Shown here piece by piece: positions 49,061 to 60,893 of a DNA stretch of 64,000 nucleotides. The translations under genes and the position numbers were made by a program. This DNA comes from Neovahlkampfia damariscottae (lineage: Eukaryota). The stretch is taken from contig JABLTG010000026.1 in the NCBI GenBank assembly GCA_016618085.1, positions 62,001 through 126,000 on the forward strand. Reading direction: 5' to 3'. Below the pieces are notes generated by a model. The model was not told where the DNA came from, ran no database searches, and worked only from the letters and a program-made list of their open reading frames with translations. How positions within the stretch are numbered: position 1 is the first letter of the stretch; each line of letters begins with the position of its first letter.

Positions 49061-50978
49061 ATGAAAAGAAAAAAAGAAATCGAAGGAAAAAAAATTTCAC
49101 CAAAAAAAGTAAAGATTGATGAAAATGTAATGGTTGATTTGGAAAATCAATCAAAAAAAGCAATTAAACAAGTGTTGGATAAAAAGAAAAAAAAAGAAAA
49201 CGAACAACAAGAAGAAGATGATGTTTTTAAGAGCATTTCAGAAGATGAAGATGAAATTTTTGAGGATGTAGATACTAATAATTCGGAGATCATGGAAGAG
49301 GAAGAATTGATTATTGACATGGAAGCAACTGAGAAAAAACCAAAAAAAAGAAAAGGTTCCAGTGCTCCAAGAAGGACTAAATTGGATGAATTTATCACTG
49401 TCAATGTTTATAAGTTGTTTTTGATTAAAAAACTGAAAAAAATGGTCAATCTTCATCAACAAATGGAAAATGAAGAAATTCGTGTAATTTTTGGAAAAAC
49501 ATCATTTTAATTTTTAGGGAATCTTGTTCTCTATTTTACCAAAAGAACTCCATTTTATGTCAGACTCAAAAAAGGATTTAAAGAAAATTCACTCGTGGAT
49601 GTTTGAACATTTTGAATTGAAGAATGACAAACAAACAGATCAACAATCAATTGGAACTTTGAAAAATGGAATCATCGAAAATAAACTTAATGAATATCAA
49701 TATTTATACGTAAAAAGTTCAATAGTCTAAAGTTCTTTAAGGTATTCTTGATTCTCTGCAGAATTTTCAATTTCATTTCAAGAATTATTTTCACTGTTGA
49801 TTTTGACAGTAAATTGATATTATTTGAAAATATAAAATTAAAAAAATGTTGGATTGATGTTTATTCAACAAAAGAAAATGATTGGATCCGTAAATGAACA
49901 AAAATAGTCCTAACCAAATTTAGCATTTGATTCATTTCAGAAATTCAAACAACCAGAAAAAATTAAACATGAATATCCTGTATTTTCCATTGCTATTTCA
50001 AAACAAGATTATGTTAGTGATGTCACTTTGAAATATTTAAATGTACAACAAGCAAAAAAAGCAGTTTTCATTCAAAATAGATTCTCAGAAATTTCATTAT
50101 TTTTGACTCGATATTTGAAAGAAAATTATCAAATTTTAGCTGATCCCGATTATGAGAATGTATTAAATGAAGAAAATGAAGAAATTCAAAATCAGATTTT
50201 ATCAGATTCCCAAGAAATGCCAAAGACATTAAATGATTTCAAAAATCATCCTGTGTTCGAATTTCTATTATTTTTAATTCTTTGAGTAGATATTTTCTGG
50301 AAAAGAATTTAGGAAAATATCAAGCAATATATCCTGAAGACACAAAACCTGTTGATTATTTTGGTAAAGATAAAATTGCTGTTTTTCTGAAAACTAATGT
50401 TGTTGATCTTCATCAGAAGGATATTTGGCCAAAATATGGAAGAATTGTGAAAAAAAATGAAAAATCATATAAAGTTGTAAAAGCATCAGGAATGAGCAGC
50501 AAAATGTGCTCTGAGTTATTTGGTGAATGGCAAACAGAAATGGGAATTCGACCTATTGCAAAAGATGTAATGATTTATATATAACATTAACATTATTAAA
50601 AGGGAATTGTTCCAAAAAATGAAAGAGGTCAAGTTGATTTATGGGCTGATTGTTTAATTCCTGTTGGTGTGGTTCATTTAGAACATCCAAGAATGTCACT
50701 TGTTGCAAAGAAATTAGGAATCGATTATGCACCTGCAATGTTAGGATTTGAAGTGAGAAAAAGACATTCTATTCCAAATATTAGAGGTATTGTTGTATGT
50801 GAAGAATTTAAAGATACATTGATTGATGCATATGAAGAAGCGGAATCAAGTAAAACAATTTGTGATTTAACATTCTTTAGAACGAATTGAAAAAAAAGAA
50901 AAAGAATTTAGGACAAAAGGAATGAAAAATTGGAGAAAATTGATGAATATTTTGATAGAAAGATCAAAAATGGATTAA
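49061..50978 (+). CDS. XPC: Nucleotide-excision-repair damage sensor XPC/Rad4
   Basis: CWIDVY, DVTLKY, FKNHPVYFLE, LFGEWQT, GIVPKN, LGIDYAPAMLGFE, GIVVCEEF; six introns. Confidence 0.9.
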
Positions 50979-51033
50979 TTTTCTGTTGTAGAGTTTGACC
51001 AATAAAATTTCTTCATTTTCAAAAATTTAACAC

Positions 51034-51938
51034 ATGAGTGAAAGTGTACCTGAAACACCAACCGTTGGTAAAACTAAAAAGAGAAAATTATCTCTTAAAG
51101 ATACTAAAAAGAAAAAAAATAAAAAAGAAAAACTACAAGAGAGTTACCAAAAAATTATTCTGGACATCGAAGGAACAACTACACCAATAACTTTTGTTCA
51201 TTATGTCCTGTTTCCATATGTTAGAAATAATGTAAAAGTATTTTTAGAAAAGACATTTGATACAAAACAAACAACTGAAGATGTTGAAAAAATAAAATCA
51301 CAAGCAAAAGAAGATTTAGATTCTACAGACCACAAAGAGGCTCCTCAAATTGATTCAAAAGAAAAAACTGAAATTATTGAACAAGTTGTGTCCAACATTT
51401 TTTGGAATATGGACAAAGACAGAAAGATGGCTGCTTTAAAATCGTTACAAGGTCATATCTGGGAGGAAGCATATCAACAAGGTGAAATTAAAGGTATTGT
51501 GTATAAAGATGTTGTTAAAGCATTAAAGAGATGGAAAAAACAATCAAAAGAAGTTTACATTTATTCTTCAGGTTCAGTTTATGCTCAAAAATTATTATTT
51601 GGTCATTCTGACAACGAAAAAGAACCTGATTTATTAAAGTATATCAAAGGACATTATGATACAGGTAAAGTCACATTTAATTATTAATTTTTTTAAATTT
51701 AGTTCATCCAGGTTCTAAACTTGAAGTTTCAAGTTATGAAACTATTTTAAAAGAAATTTCTAGTGAAAAGAAGACCAGATCAACCAATTCTGGAATTTTA
51801 TTTGTCACAGATAACATTTTAGAAGCTGAGGCTTCCAAGAAAGCAGGAATTGTCACTGTTTTGAGTGTCAGAGAAGGGAATAAAGAACTTCCTGAAGATC
51901 ATGGGTTTTTAGAAGTATACAATTATGATCAATTATAA
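51034..51938 (+). CDS. ENOPH1: Enolase-phosphatase E1 (methionine salvage)
   Basis: LDIEGTTTPITFV, LKSLQGHIW, YIYSSGSVYAQKLLFG, LFVTD; intron 51665-51702. Confidence 0.93.
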
Positions 51939-52016
51939 AAAAAGAATAAAAGAAATTCAATTTTGATTTCCACCAATCAGTTGACAAAAGAAACTGTCAT
52001 ATTTGATTCTTTTTCA

Positions 52017-52932
52017 ATGAATTCATTGAGTGAAGGAGATTTGAGTGAAAAAATAAAATATCCTACAATATGGTTAAAAACAATAGATTTTTTAGAACTG
52101 AGCACCTCTGAAGTAACAAAACCAAAAAATTAAAATTCAAAAAGTTTTTTTTGTTTTTAGAAGATTTAATTGATTTATTCAACAAAGAAAATTTAGTCAC
52201 AGAAAGGAAAGTGAAATCTAAATCTGAAAATTGTTTTCTTGGTAAGATAATTGAATTTTGTTTTAAAAATACAAAGCAAATGATGTCATTGATAACATTC
52301 AAGTTTGGAAACAAAAAACTGTAAATTTTTCAGATACAAATTCAATAATTTTATTTTTTCAATTTTTAATTGATCTTGGGGCCATAGAAAATTGTGCAAA
52401 TCGAAGAAAACCTTTCAACTACTCAAATTCACCTTTTAAATTCACTTTATCATTTAATAATGAAACAATGATAAAAGCATATATCATTCAAATTGCTGAC
52501 AATTTTGAAAAATATAAAATTGTTCGAAAATTATTGGTCAATCCAAAAAATATTTTCGACTTCCATCAACAAGCACTTGATTCATTAGATTTCCAACAAA
52601 TCAAACAAGGATTTAAAACTTATAAATATGGATTTCAAACAACAGATTTGATAATTTGGATAAAAATTGATAAATACCCACAATTGAATACAACATACGG
52701 TGCTGAACTATTAGGGGAATGCATGAGACAATTGAAATTATTTTCAATTCTTAAAAATGGAGATTGTTTTGAAAATAATATATCAACAACATATTCTTTA
52801 AAATCAAAAGAAGAATTTGAACCAATTTATTCAATCATTGAAGAATCTAAAGATTGGAAAGATTGTTTGAGATTGAATGAGAAGAAAAAAAGGAGAAGTA
52901 CATTTTTTAAAAGCTTTGAAGAAGAGTTTTAA
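52017..52932 (+). CDS. Tandem DEP-domain protein
   Basis: ENCFLANDVID, GFQTTDLIIWI..LLGECMRQL; introns 52113-52144, 52242-52276; similar to the C-half of 44756-46496. Confidence 0.7.
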
Positions 52933-52951
52933 TAATTTTGTATGATAAAAT

Positions 52952-54697
52952 TTATTCTAATGAATGTTCTTTCGTTTTCATTGATCCTGCTTTTCCAAAT
53001 TCAATATATGCTTGACCTGTTTGTTTTTGAATCTTTTGTAATGTTTCAACAGATTTCAAAGGTGTATCAGTTGAAGACATTTTATTAATTTTCTGTTGTT
53101 GTTCAAATTGTCTTCTTTCTTTTTCAAGTTTATTTTTTCCAGGCATTTTATTGTGAAATTTTTGTGTCATTTGTTTCCAAGATTTCTTTTCATCCATAAC
53201 CTGACCAAATCTATCTTTTCTTTCAATTTTAATTTCAGGAACATCATCATCATAATTAATTTCATTTGAATATTTGATCTTTTTAGCTTTTGGTTTTTCA
53301 TCTGATTTCTCTAAGAATTGATCAGCAAATTGAAGTGCTGCTGCAAGACCTGATGCAACTAAAGGCTCTTCAAATACATCTTCATCTTTTTTTGAAGATG
53401 ATGAAGATGCAACTGGTATTTTTAAATTTAATTCTTCTCTTTCTTCAATTTCCATTTTTTCTTCTCTTTTTATTTTAGGTTTTTTTATTTCAATTTTAGT
53501 TGGTTTATCTATTTTTATTGACTTTACAAATTCTTCTGTTGAATTTAAATATTTTGAATTGGAATTCAATTTTTCATTTTCTTCTTCTTCTTTTGAAATT
53601 TCTTTAACTTTTTGTGTTATATTTTGAAATTCTTTAAATTGATTCAATTGTTGATTTCTTTGTTTTTCAAATTTTTCATCAATCTCTTCTTGATGATTCT
53701 TTAATAAAAACTTTGATTTTAATTCAGCTTTTTCAACTGCATTTTTATAACCAATTTCCCTTTCAATTGTTTTTTTATCTTCTTTTTCTATTTGTCTGTT
53801 TCTTCTTGAACCATGATCTTTTTTATCATCAACATTTTCATCCAATGATATTTCAACATTTCTAATTTTTTTTTCTTTTATTTTTCTTTTTTTAACTTTA
53901 ACTTTTTCTGTTTTATATTCAGACATAAATTTCTTTTCATCATCTAAATCGTAAATCATTTTTGAGTCATCTATTTTTTCATTCATTTTTGATGATGAAT
54001 TCATTGATTTATTTCTATCATTTATTTTGAATTTCTTTTTTGATTCTTCAAATGTTTCATTGTCATATTGATTTAATAAACTAGTTTCTGGATTATCAAT
54101 TGAGTCATAAACATTATAAGATAAACTTCTTTTTTCTTGTTTTTTGTTGTAATTTCTTTTTTCTTCTTCTCTTAATTCTACATTTTCTAATTCATCTTCA
54201 CCTTCATCCATCATATCTTTATCTGCTAAAGTTAATATTATAGGATTCTCTCCGATTAATTCTTCATCATGAGCTATGGTTATACCATTTAAATCTATAT
54301 TTTGTTCTCGTTCCGCTTCTTCTTGTTCCATTTTCTTCAGTTTTTCTGCTGCTAATTTTTTTTCTTTTTCTAATTTTCTACTTTTTGCGACAAAAGCAGC
54401 AGCGTCGTCTTCTGAATCCGAAGAACTCTCGCCTAATGTTTTGGTTCTTTTTAATTCTCTTTCTTTTCTTAACCATTTTGCTTTTTCTATTCTTGATTTA
54501 ATGTCTTCTACATCTTGTGTTCTTTGAGCTGGTTTATGAATTTCTTTTTCCGAAATTTTTGTTTCAGTTTCTTCAGCATTTAACGGTTTGAGTCCTAAAG
54601 AAACTCTGAGAGCATTTGTTTCTTCAATAGAGAGTGATAAAGTTCCATCTCCATTCATTTTCATTTGCGGAGTTTTGGTCTGCTGTTCGCTCATCAT
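52952..54697 (-). CDS. SART1: U4/U6.U5 tri-snRNP protein SART1/Snu66
   Basis: HIND motif LSIEETNALRVSLGLKPL; ILTLAD; FHNKMPGKNKLEK; DTPL. Confidence 0.93.
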   Translation of the reverse strand: MMSEQQTKTPQMKMNGDGTLSLSIEETNALRVSLGLKPLNAEETETKISEKEIHKPAQRTQDVEDIKSRIEKAKWLRKERELKRTKTLGESSSDSEDDAAAFVAKSRKLEKEKKLAAEKLKKMEQEEAEREQNIDLNGITIAHDEELIGENPIILTLADKDMMDEGEDELENVELREEEKRNYNKKQEKRSLSYNVYDSIDNPETSLLNQYDNETFEESKKKFKINDRNKSMNSSSKMNEKIDDSKMIYDLDDEKKFMSEYKTEKVKVKKRKIKEKKIRNVEISLDENVDDKKDHGSRRNRQIEKEDKKTIEREIGYKNAVEKAELKSKFLLKNHQEEIDEKFEKQRNQQLNQFKEFQNITQKVKEISKEEEENEKLNSNSKYLNSTEEFVKSIKIDKPTKIEIKKPKIKREEKMEIEEREELNLKIPVASSSSSKKDEDVFEEPLVASGLAAALQFADQFLEKSDEKPKAKKIKYSNEINYDDDVPEIKIERKDRFGQVMDEKKSWKQMTQKFHNKMPGKNKLEKERRQFEQQQKINKMSSTDTPLKSVETLQKIQKQTGQAYIEFGKAGSMKTKEHSLE

Positions 54698-54878
54698 GTA
54701 TTTTGTTTGTTGAATTTTGGAGTGAAACAATTGGTGGATGATTATTAAATTCAATAAAAATATATTCACATAATTTTCTATTCTCTGATAAAAATGAAAG
54801 TCAATTTTCACACTGAATGTTACACCAATCATTTTACTTTTTGTCGAAATGAACGAACCAATTACAGCACAAATATAA

Positions 54879-55960
54879 ATGGATCAAAATGAAGTTCAAC
54901 CCCTCGTTTTCAGTGGAGGTTCTTTTTGGATGATTTCTGGATATTCAGGTGATTTAGGACCTCGTGTAATATTTCCGATGATAGGAGGAAGAACTCCATC
55001 AAAACAGTATGTCGAGAACAGAAATTTATGTGGATACGGTCCATGGGATGTCTTTGTTGGAGATGGAAGAAATTTGGTATCACAATTTTGTTTACCAACT
55101 TGCAGCTGCTTCAGAAGATCATCCTATTATTTTTACTGAAGACATTGGAAATCCTCTTGAGAATAGAGAAAAAACAGCAGAAATTCTGTTCGAAACTTTT
55201 AATATTCCTGGGTTATACATGGCAAACTCTTTGATGATGTCTTTATACTCTTCAGGAAGGAACAGTTGTCAATATGGGACATACAAAAAATACAGTTTGT
55301 ACTTTAAAAAATACTCAACCTACTGATATTTGCTCAACTTTGAATGATGCATACATATCAAAAATAGGAGGAAGAAAAGTTTCACACTATCTACATAAAC
55401 TTTTGTCAAAAAAAGGTTATGATATTGAAACTACTCCACATGATTTTCAAGATGTCAAATTTATCAAAGAAGAACATTGTTATGTCTCTTTAAACTATGA
55501 ATCAGATGAAAAAATCTCGAAAGAATTGAGAGAATTGGAAAAATCTTATAAACTTCCTTCCAGATGGAAAAGAAATTACAATTGGAGATGAAAGATTCAA
55601 AGCACCAGAGATACTTTTTAATCCTTCAATCATCAACAGAGAAGAATTTTCAATCACAGAAATGGTTCAAAAATGTGTTGATGAATCAGGATTAAACAAC
55701 GTTGATGTTGTATTTTCTGGTCAAGGTTCAATGTTTGATGTTTGTGGTAGAATTGAAGTATGGAGACAAAAAAGTAAAATTCATTGCTCCTTCAGTAAAT
55801 TGAAATCATTTTTAACTTCTTTTTAAACAGGACAGAAAATTCTCTGAATGGAACGAAGCTTCCACAGTTTCAAGTTTATCATCTTTTTTCGATAAATGGT
55901 TGACAATCCACAAATTATGCATCAAAAATTTGATGTTTTACCAAAGTGCAAATATGCACC
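54879..55960 (+). pseudogene. Actin-like pseudogene
   Basis: MEEIWYH, NPLENREKTAEILFETFNIP, SLYSSGR, IKEEHCYV, YKLP, IGDERFKAPEILFNP lie in different frames, with deletions. Confidence 0.8.
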
Positions 55961-56352
55961 AAAGATTGATAAGATGCAATCAAAATTATTTGATGGATAC
56001 AAATCCTCTAAAGGAAGCGATATTTCAATTAAAATTTGAAACAAATCCATTATTTTTTATTTTTGTTAGTTTACCATTTTTGCCAATAAGCGCTCTTTAC
56101 CTTGTCAAATGTAATGAGAATTATTTATTCTTTTTATTTCAGTGGGTCCATCAACAAAAATAGATGTGAGAATTTCAGCTGATTAAGGTGGTTTGAATTA
56201 TTTTTTATGTTTCGTTTTAGGAGTTGGATTTGGAGGTAAAGAAGCAATTAGTTGGTAAAGATTCGAAATTATCCTGTTATTCCTCACGGTTTGTTCTAAG
56301 TTAACTTTAGAATGATATTATTGGTCGAAATAGGAAAAAGAGCAACATAAAA

Positions 56353-56685
56353 TTGCTTTCAAAAATAGTAGTTTTGGAAGCAGTAAAACAAAATGGTCTT
56401 ACACTTGAACATGTACCAAAGGAATTACAAAATGATAAAGAAATAGTTTTGGAAGCAGTGAAACAGAATGGTTGTTCAATTGTCTGGGCATCATCTGAAT
56501 TAAAAAATGATAAAGAGGTAGTTTCAGAAGCAGTGAAAGTGGGTTTTTCACTTGAACATGTATCCAATGAATTAAAAAAGGATAAAGAAATTGAATGGAT
56601 ATCTAAAAACTATTTCAAAACCATCAGAGAAATTTCTCCTTATGACGTTATGATTCGCTTTAAATATTCAAGTCGGGAGAAATAA
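56353..56685 (+). CDS. DUF4116 repeat protein, possibly 5'-truncated
   Basis: Three ~25-aa repeats (DKEIVLEAVKQNG..L.H...EL); no in-frame ATG. Confidence 0.65.
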   Translation: MLSKIVVLEAVKQNGLTLEHVPKELQNDKEIVLEAVKQNGCSIVWASSELKNDKEVVSEAVKVGFSLEHVSNELKKDKEIEWISKNYFKTIREISPYDVMIRFKYSSREK

Positions 56686-56874
56686 ATTTTTATATCAAAA
56701 GGAACTCAAATTCTTTCTTTCTCGATGGTGGGTAAATTCCCGAGTCTGGTCAATCAGGCAACTTATTATCGGTAAAATTTTAAAGAGAAAAACTGATCTA
56801 AAAACAAACCTTCTTTTCACCAAAACAAGATAAAAGAGTTGGCCAATCAAAACAATCAAAATCAAAAAGAAACA

Positions 56875-57615
56875 ATGAGTGATAAATTTGTTTTGACTTG
56901 TCTTGGGAAACAAGGTTGTGGAAAAAGTTCCTTGCTCAATAATATTCTTGGAAAAAAAATCTATCAAACAGGAGTAACACTCCAAAAAGATAATTTTGCT
57001 CAATTAACTTTAAATCACCTGCAAGATGGAAATTGGTCCGACAAAAAAGATGCAACTCCTTTAGAAACATTAGATACGCCTGGTTTTATGGACAACTCAG
57101 ATGGTTTAGATGGAAAATCTCTTGTAAATTTATTTTGTAGATTTATGAAAGAAGCAACTGTTAGAGGTATTAACGGATTTGTCATTGTTTTCAACTTTGA
57201 AAATTTCGAACCAAATGTAGATTCTGTATCTATTGAAACACTCCAAATGTTAACAGACATGTTCACACCAAACTTCTGGGATCATGCAGTAATAGTTTTT
57301 ACTCATTGTGACCCTGAATCAAATTGGAAAGAAAAAAAAGAAAAAGTTGAAACTGGATTAATTGAAACATTAAGTGCATTTTTAAAAGATTTCAAAAAAC
57401 CAAAAATCATTTATCTAAGTAATTTAAACACAGATGGTGTTAAAGAAATTCATGACACAGTTTGTAATTTTAAGAAACTTGATAATGATACAACAAAATC
57501 AATTAGAAAAATGCTTGAAAATTCAAAAATAAAAGATGAAGAAATTGATGATTACATTATTGGAAGAATTGTTGGACCTTTAGGTGTAATTTTAAAAGAA
57601 TGTCGAATTTTATAA
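56875..57615 (+). CDS. AIG1/GIMAP-type GTPase with CaaX (CRIL)
   Basis: GKQGCGKS, DTPG, VIVFTHCD. Confidence 0.85.
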   Translation: MSDKFVLTCLGKQGCGKSSLLNNILGKKIYQTGVTLQKDNFAQLTLNHLQDGNWSDKKDATPLETLDTPGFMDNSDGLDGKSLVNLFCRFMKEATVRGINGFVIVFNFENFEPNVDSVSIETLQMLTDMFTPNFWDHAVIVFTHCDPESNWKEKKEKVETGLIETLSAFLKDFKKPKIIYLSNLNTDGVKEIHDTVCNFKKLDNDTTKSIRKMLENSKIKDEEIDDYIIGRIVGPLGVILKECRIL

Positions 57616-57826
57616 ATTTTATTTTTCACTATCCATCTTTGAAATAATCACATCACAACATCAGATTAACTGTTTTTTTCTTTTGATCTTTTTTTTTGTA
57701 CTTGTCCAAAAATAGATGATGAAACAATTCCGTCTTCTTTGATAACTTTAGCATGATAATATATAATTTTGAAATCAAAATTTACATAAATTTTGTCAAT
57801 TTTGCAAAAAAAAATCGAGATTTATT

Positions 57827-58384
57827 TTAATAAACTTTAAACTTCATTGGTCTACATTTTATTTTGATTTTTTGGCCAAGAGGTCCAAGCATAAATTTTT
57901 CATCACTATGATACACTTGATGTCTAATACAATGAATATTATAATCACCTTTGTCAAAGAATTTTGGATCAATTTCTGTTATATCAACTGTGATAGAAAC
58001 AGATTCACCTTTTTCAAGATCAATATAATTATTTTCATCCTCTTCATTCAAATCATAATTTGGTTTTCCTAATTCTATGTATGATTTATCTTCAAAAACA
58101 TCTTGGACTTCATCTTTTTCAACAACAAAACCATAAAGTGACTCAAACACTGAGTTTGGTTTAAAAAGTTTATAGTTAAATCTTGAGTCATTTATCATTT
58201 CAACTGTTACCAATATTTGTTCTTTTTCTGAAAATTGTAAGTTTTAATGTTTTTTTTAAAAACCTCTAAAGTGTAACTTTTGAAGACTCAACTCAGCAGT
58301 AATTTTATGATGTTTTTTATCACGGTAAATTTGAGTCATTCTTGTTTTTAATTCTGCTTGACTTCTGCTTCTTGCTCTACTCAT
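57827..58384 (-). CDS. Hypothetical beta-sandwich protein
   Basis: Two exons joined in frame via intron 58228-58263; LEKGESVSITVDI..GDYNI. Confidence 0.6.
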
Positions 58385-58761
58385 TGTTAACAAAAATTCG
58401 GTTGTCCAATGAAAGGGTTGAAAAAATTTCTGACAGATGAATATTATTACCACAATTTCGATTTCATCTTGCTGAGATATTCAGCAATACTAAGAAAATT
58501 AATAGTGAACCTGAGCTTCTCTCCATTTTTGTGAATGAGAACCGAAAAATTAATAGTCAATTTGTTCTGTATCGTTGAATTGAAGTGCTTGGTATTACAT
58601 CTCTGAACTACATTCATTAGAGAAGGAAAACTGAAGATCCAAAATGTATCCCTCCTTTTCCATATTTGGTGTGACAAACGTTCATTGGATAAACATCCGG
58701 AGAAAATTATAAATGAAAGTGGTTGGATAAATTTCGAATCCAGACAAAAATAACCTCAACA

Positions 58762-60705
58762 ATGACAAAAGAAGGAGAAGAAATTAAAATAGATTTAAAA
58801 GATATTCCATTAATCAAAACACTGAAAGATGTTCCATATGAACAAATAAAACAAATTGGTACTTTGTACGTTTGTAGTTCAGGACACTGGTACAAAACTA
58901 AAATGAATTTAATACATGCTTTACTTAAAGATTTAAACCTAAAAGAAAAGGATATCAAAGATATCCTGAGTCTCCTTGAAATAAATGGAGAAGAAGAATT
59001 ACCTCCTTTGGAAGCATTTTTCTTTTCAGAAAAAATTCATGATGATTACAAGTGGTTATCTCTTTGGAGTTTCCTCGCATTAACATTACTTCATGAAAAG
59101 AAGTATGATTCTAGGGTTAGAGTTTCTTTGAATGAAATGGCTTCAATTTTAAAAATTGACTTGGAAGAATTTTATAAAGCAGAAGACGATTTAGCAATTC
59201 AGTTAGGAGAGAAACTTGAAGAAATTAAAAAAGTTTCAGAACAACAAAAAAAAAAATCTGCGCTGAATACTATCGGAAGAATGGCTCTTGTTGGTGGTGC
59301 ATCTTTAATTGGAGGAACTGCATTGTTGGTAACTGGTTTATTAGCTGCTCCATTAGTTATTCCAGCTATAGTAGGAGTATTAGGTACCATTGGAGTTGTA
59401 GGAGCAGGAGTTGCAAGTATAACAGCAATGGGATCTTCCATTATTATATTAGGTGGTGTACCATTAGTAGCTGGAGTATTTGGAGCCACAGGTGCAGGAT
59501 TAGTTGGTTATCAAGTTTTAAAAAGAACTGCTGGAATTAGTTATGCTGAATTTCAAAGAATCGAATTTTTAAATGAAAAAGTTGATTTTAAAGATTCAAA
59601 ATTCAAATCAGAAAAATTAAAGAAATATGAATTTGATATTAAAGAAGAAGAAGATATGAAAATATTTACACAAAAGCCAGATAAAGAAATATTAAAAAAT
59701 GAAGATGAAATTATCCAAGAAATTAATGAAAAGAAACAACCAATAGAACAAGAGAAACAACCATTAAAACAAGAGAAACAAATAATTGAAAAGAAACAAG
59801 AAATCAAAATTGAAAAACAAAAAATTGAAGAAAAAAAAGAAGAAAGAGTTTTAAGTGAAATTAACAAAGAGAAAGAAATTCCAAAAATTAATTTAAATGC
59901 AATTCAAAATCCAGGAATGAATGTTTATATTGCTGTCTCTGGATTTTTAAAATATGATAAAAAAACTGAAACACCTTATTATTGGCAAGTCATGAGACAA
60001 CAACATGATCATGGTGAAATGTTTACATTTGATTGGGAACCTGATTTATTATTAGAAGTTGGTAGTTTAATCACTGATTTTGTTGGTTCAAATATTGCAA
60101 AATATATTCAAACTTATTGGTTACAAACTGTTGGTGCAATGATTGTACCAACACTTGGACTTTTAATGGCATCTATGACATGGCCTTTATTATCTTTAAA
60201 AGTATTTTCTTTGATAAACAATCCATGGAGTTTAAGTTTAGACAGAGCAGATAAAGCTGGAATTGTCCTTGCAGATGTTTTAGCCAGTCACATTCATGGA
60301 AATAGACCTGTTAATTTAGTTGGATTTTCAATGGGTGCTCGAGTAATATTCAAGTGTTTAATGGAATTAGAGAAAAAGAATTTACATGGAATTGTTGAAA
60401 ATGTTTTCTTATTTGGAGCACCAGTCCAATGTTTAAAAGATAATTGGAAAAAAGCAAGAAGTGTTGTTGGAGGTAGATTTGTAAATGGATATTCAATCAA
60501 AGATTGGGTATTAGCATATCTATATAGAGCATCTTCTTTAAATTATGATGTTGGTGGTTTACAACCATCCTATCCACAATATGACATTGAAAATGTTGAT
60601 ATCTCAGATATTATAGAAGGACATCATCAATATTCTGATCCTTTAAAAATGAACAAAATTTTGAAACGATTGGATATACATAGAAGTTGTAAAATTATTG
60701 AATAA
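58762..60705 (+). CDS. TMCO4: TMCO4/DUF726 alpha/beta-hydrolase-like membrane protein
   Basis: YDSRVR, TGLLAAPL, NPWS..DRA, RPVNLVGFSMGARVIF, DWVLAYLYR. Confidence 0.9.
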   Translation: MTKEGEEIKIDLKDIPLIKTLKDVPYEQIKQIGTLYVCSSGHWYKTKMNLIHALLKDLNLKEKDIKDILSLLEINGEEELPPLEAFFFSEKIHDDYKWLSLWSFLALTLLHEKKYDSRVRVSLNEMASILKIDLEEFYKAEDDLAIQLGEKLEEIKKVSEQQKKKSALNTIGRMALVGGASLIGGTALLVTGLLAAPLVIPAIVGVLGTIGVVGAGVASITAMGSSIIILGGVPLVAGVFGATGAGLVGYQVLKRTAGISYAEFQRIEFLNEKVDFKDSKFKSEKLKKYEFDIKEEEDMKIFTQKPDKEILKNEDEIIQEINEKKQPIEQEKQPLKQEKQIIEKKQEIKIEKQKIEEKKEERVLSEINKEKEIPKINLNAIQNPGMNVYIAVSGFLKYDKKTETPYYWQVMRQQHDHGEMFTFDWEPDLLLEVGSLITDFVGSNIAKYIQTYWLQTVGAMIVPTLGLLMASMTWPLLSLKVFSLINNPWSLSLDRADKAGIVLADVLASHIHGNRPVNLVGFSMGARVIFKCLMELEKKNLHGIVENVFLFGAPVQCLKDNWKKARSVVGGRFVNGYSIKDWVLAYLYRASSLNYDVGGLQPSYPQYDIENVDISDIIEGHHQYSDPLKMNKILKRLDIHRSCKIIE

Positions 60706-60893
60706 AAAAATTTGATTTGTGGATGAAGAATTTTTCCGAATTTTTCCGATGTTTTTTTTTTCACACACCATTAAATTATATGTTTTGTGTGAAAAAATTG
60801 TTTTTTTCAATTAGAAGAATATGTGTACCAATTAAATGTTGTCTTGGATCAAAACACTTTTTCCGTTGACCAATCATTTTTTTTTCTTGAATA

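Noticed and set aside
56360..56600. 75-nt periodic repeat as a CRISPR array or satellite
   Set aside because: In-frame DUF4116 protein repeats without unique spacers
57716..57780. ATGATGA as a C/D snoRNA C box
   Set aside because: No convincing CTGA D box, terminal stem or recognisable guide
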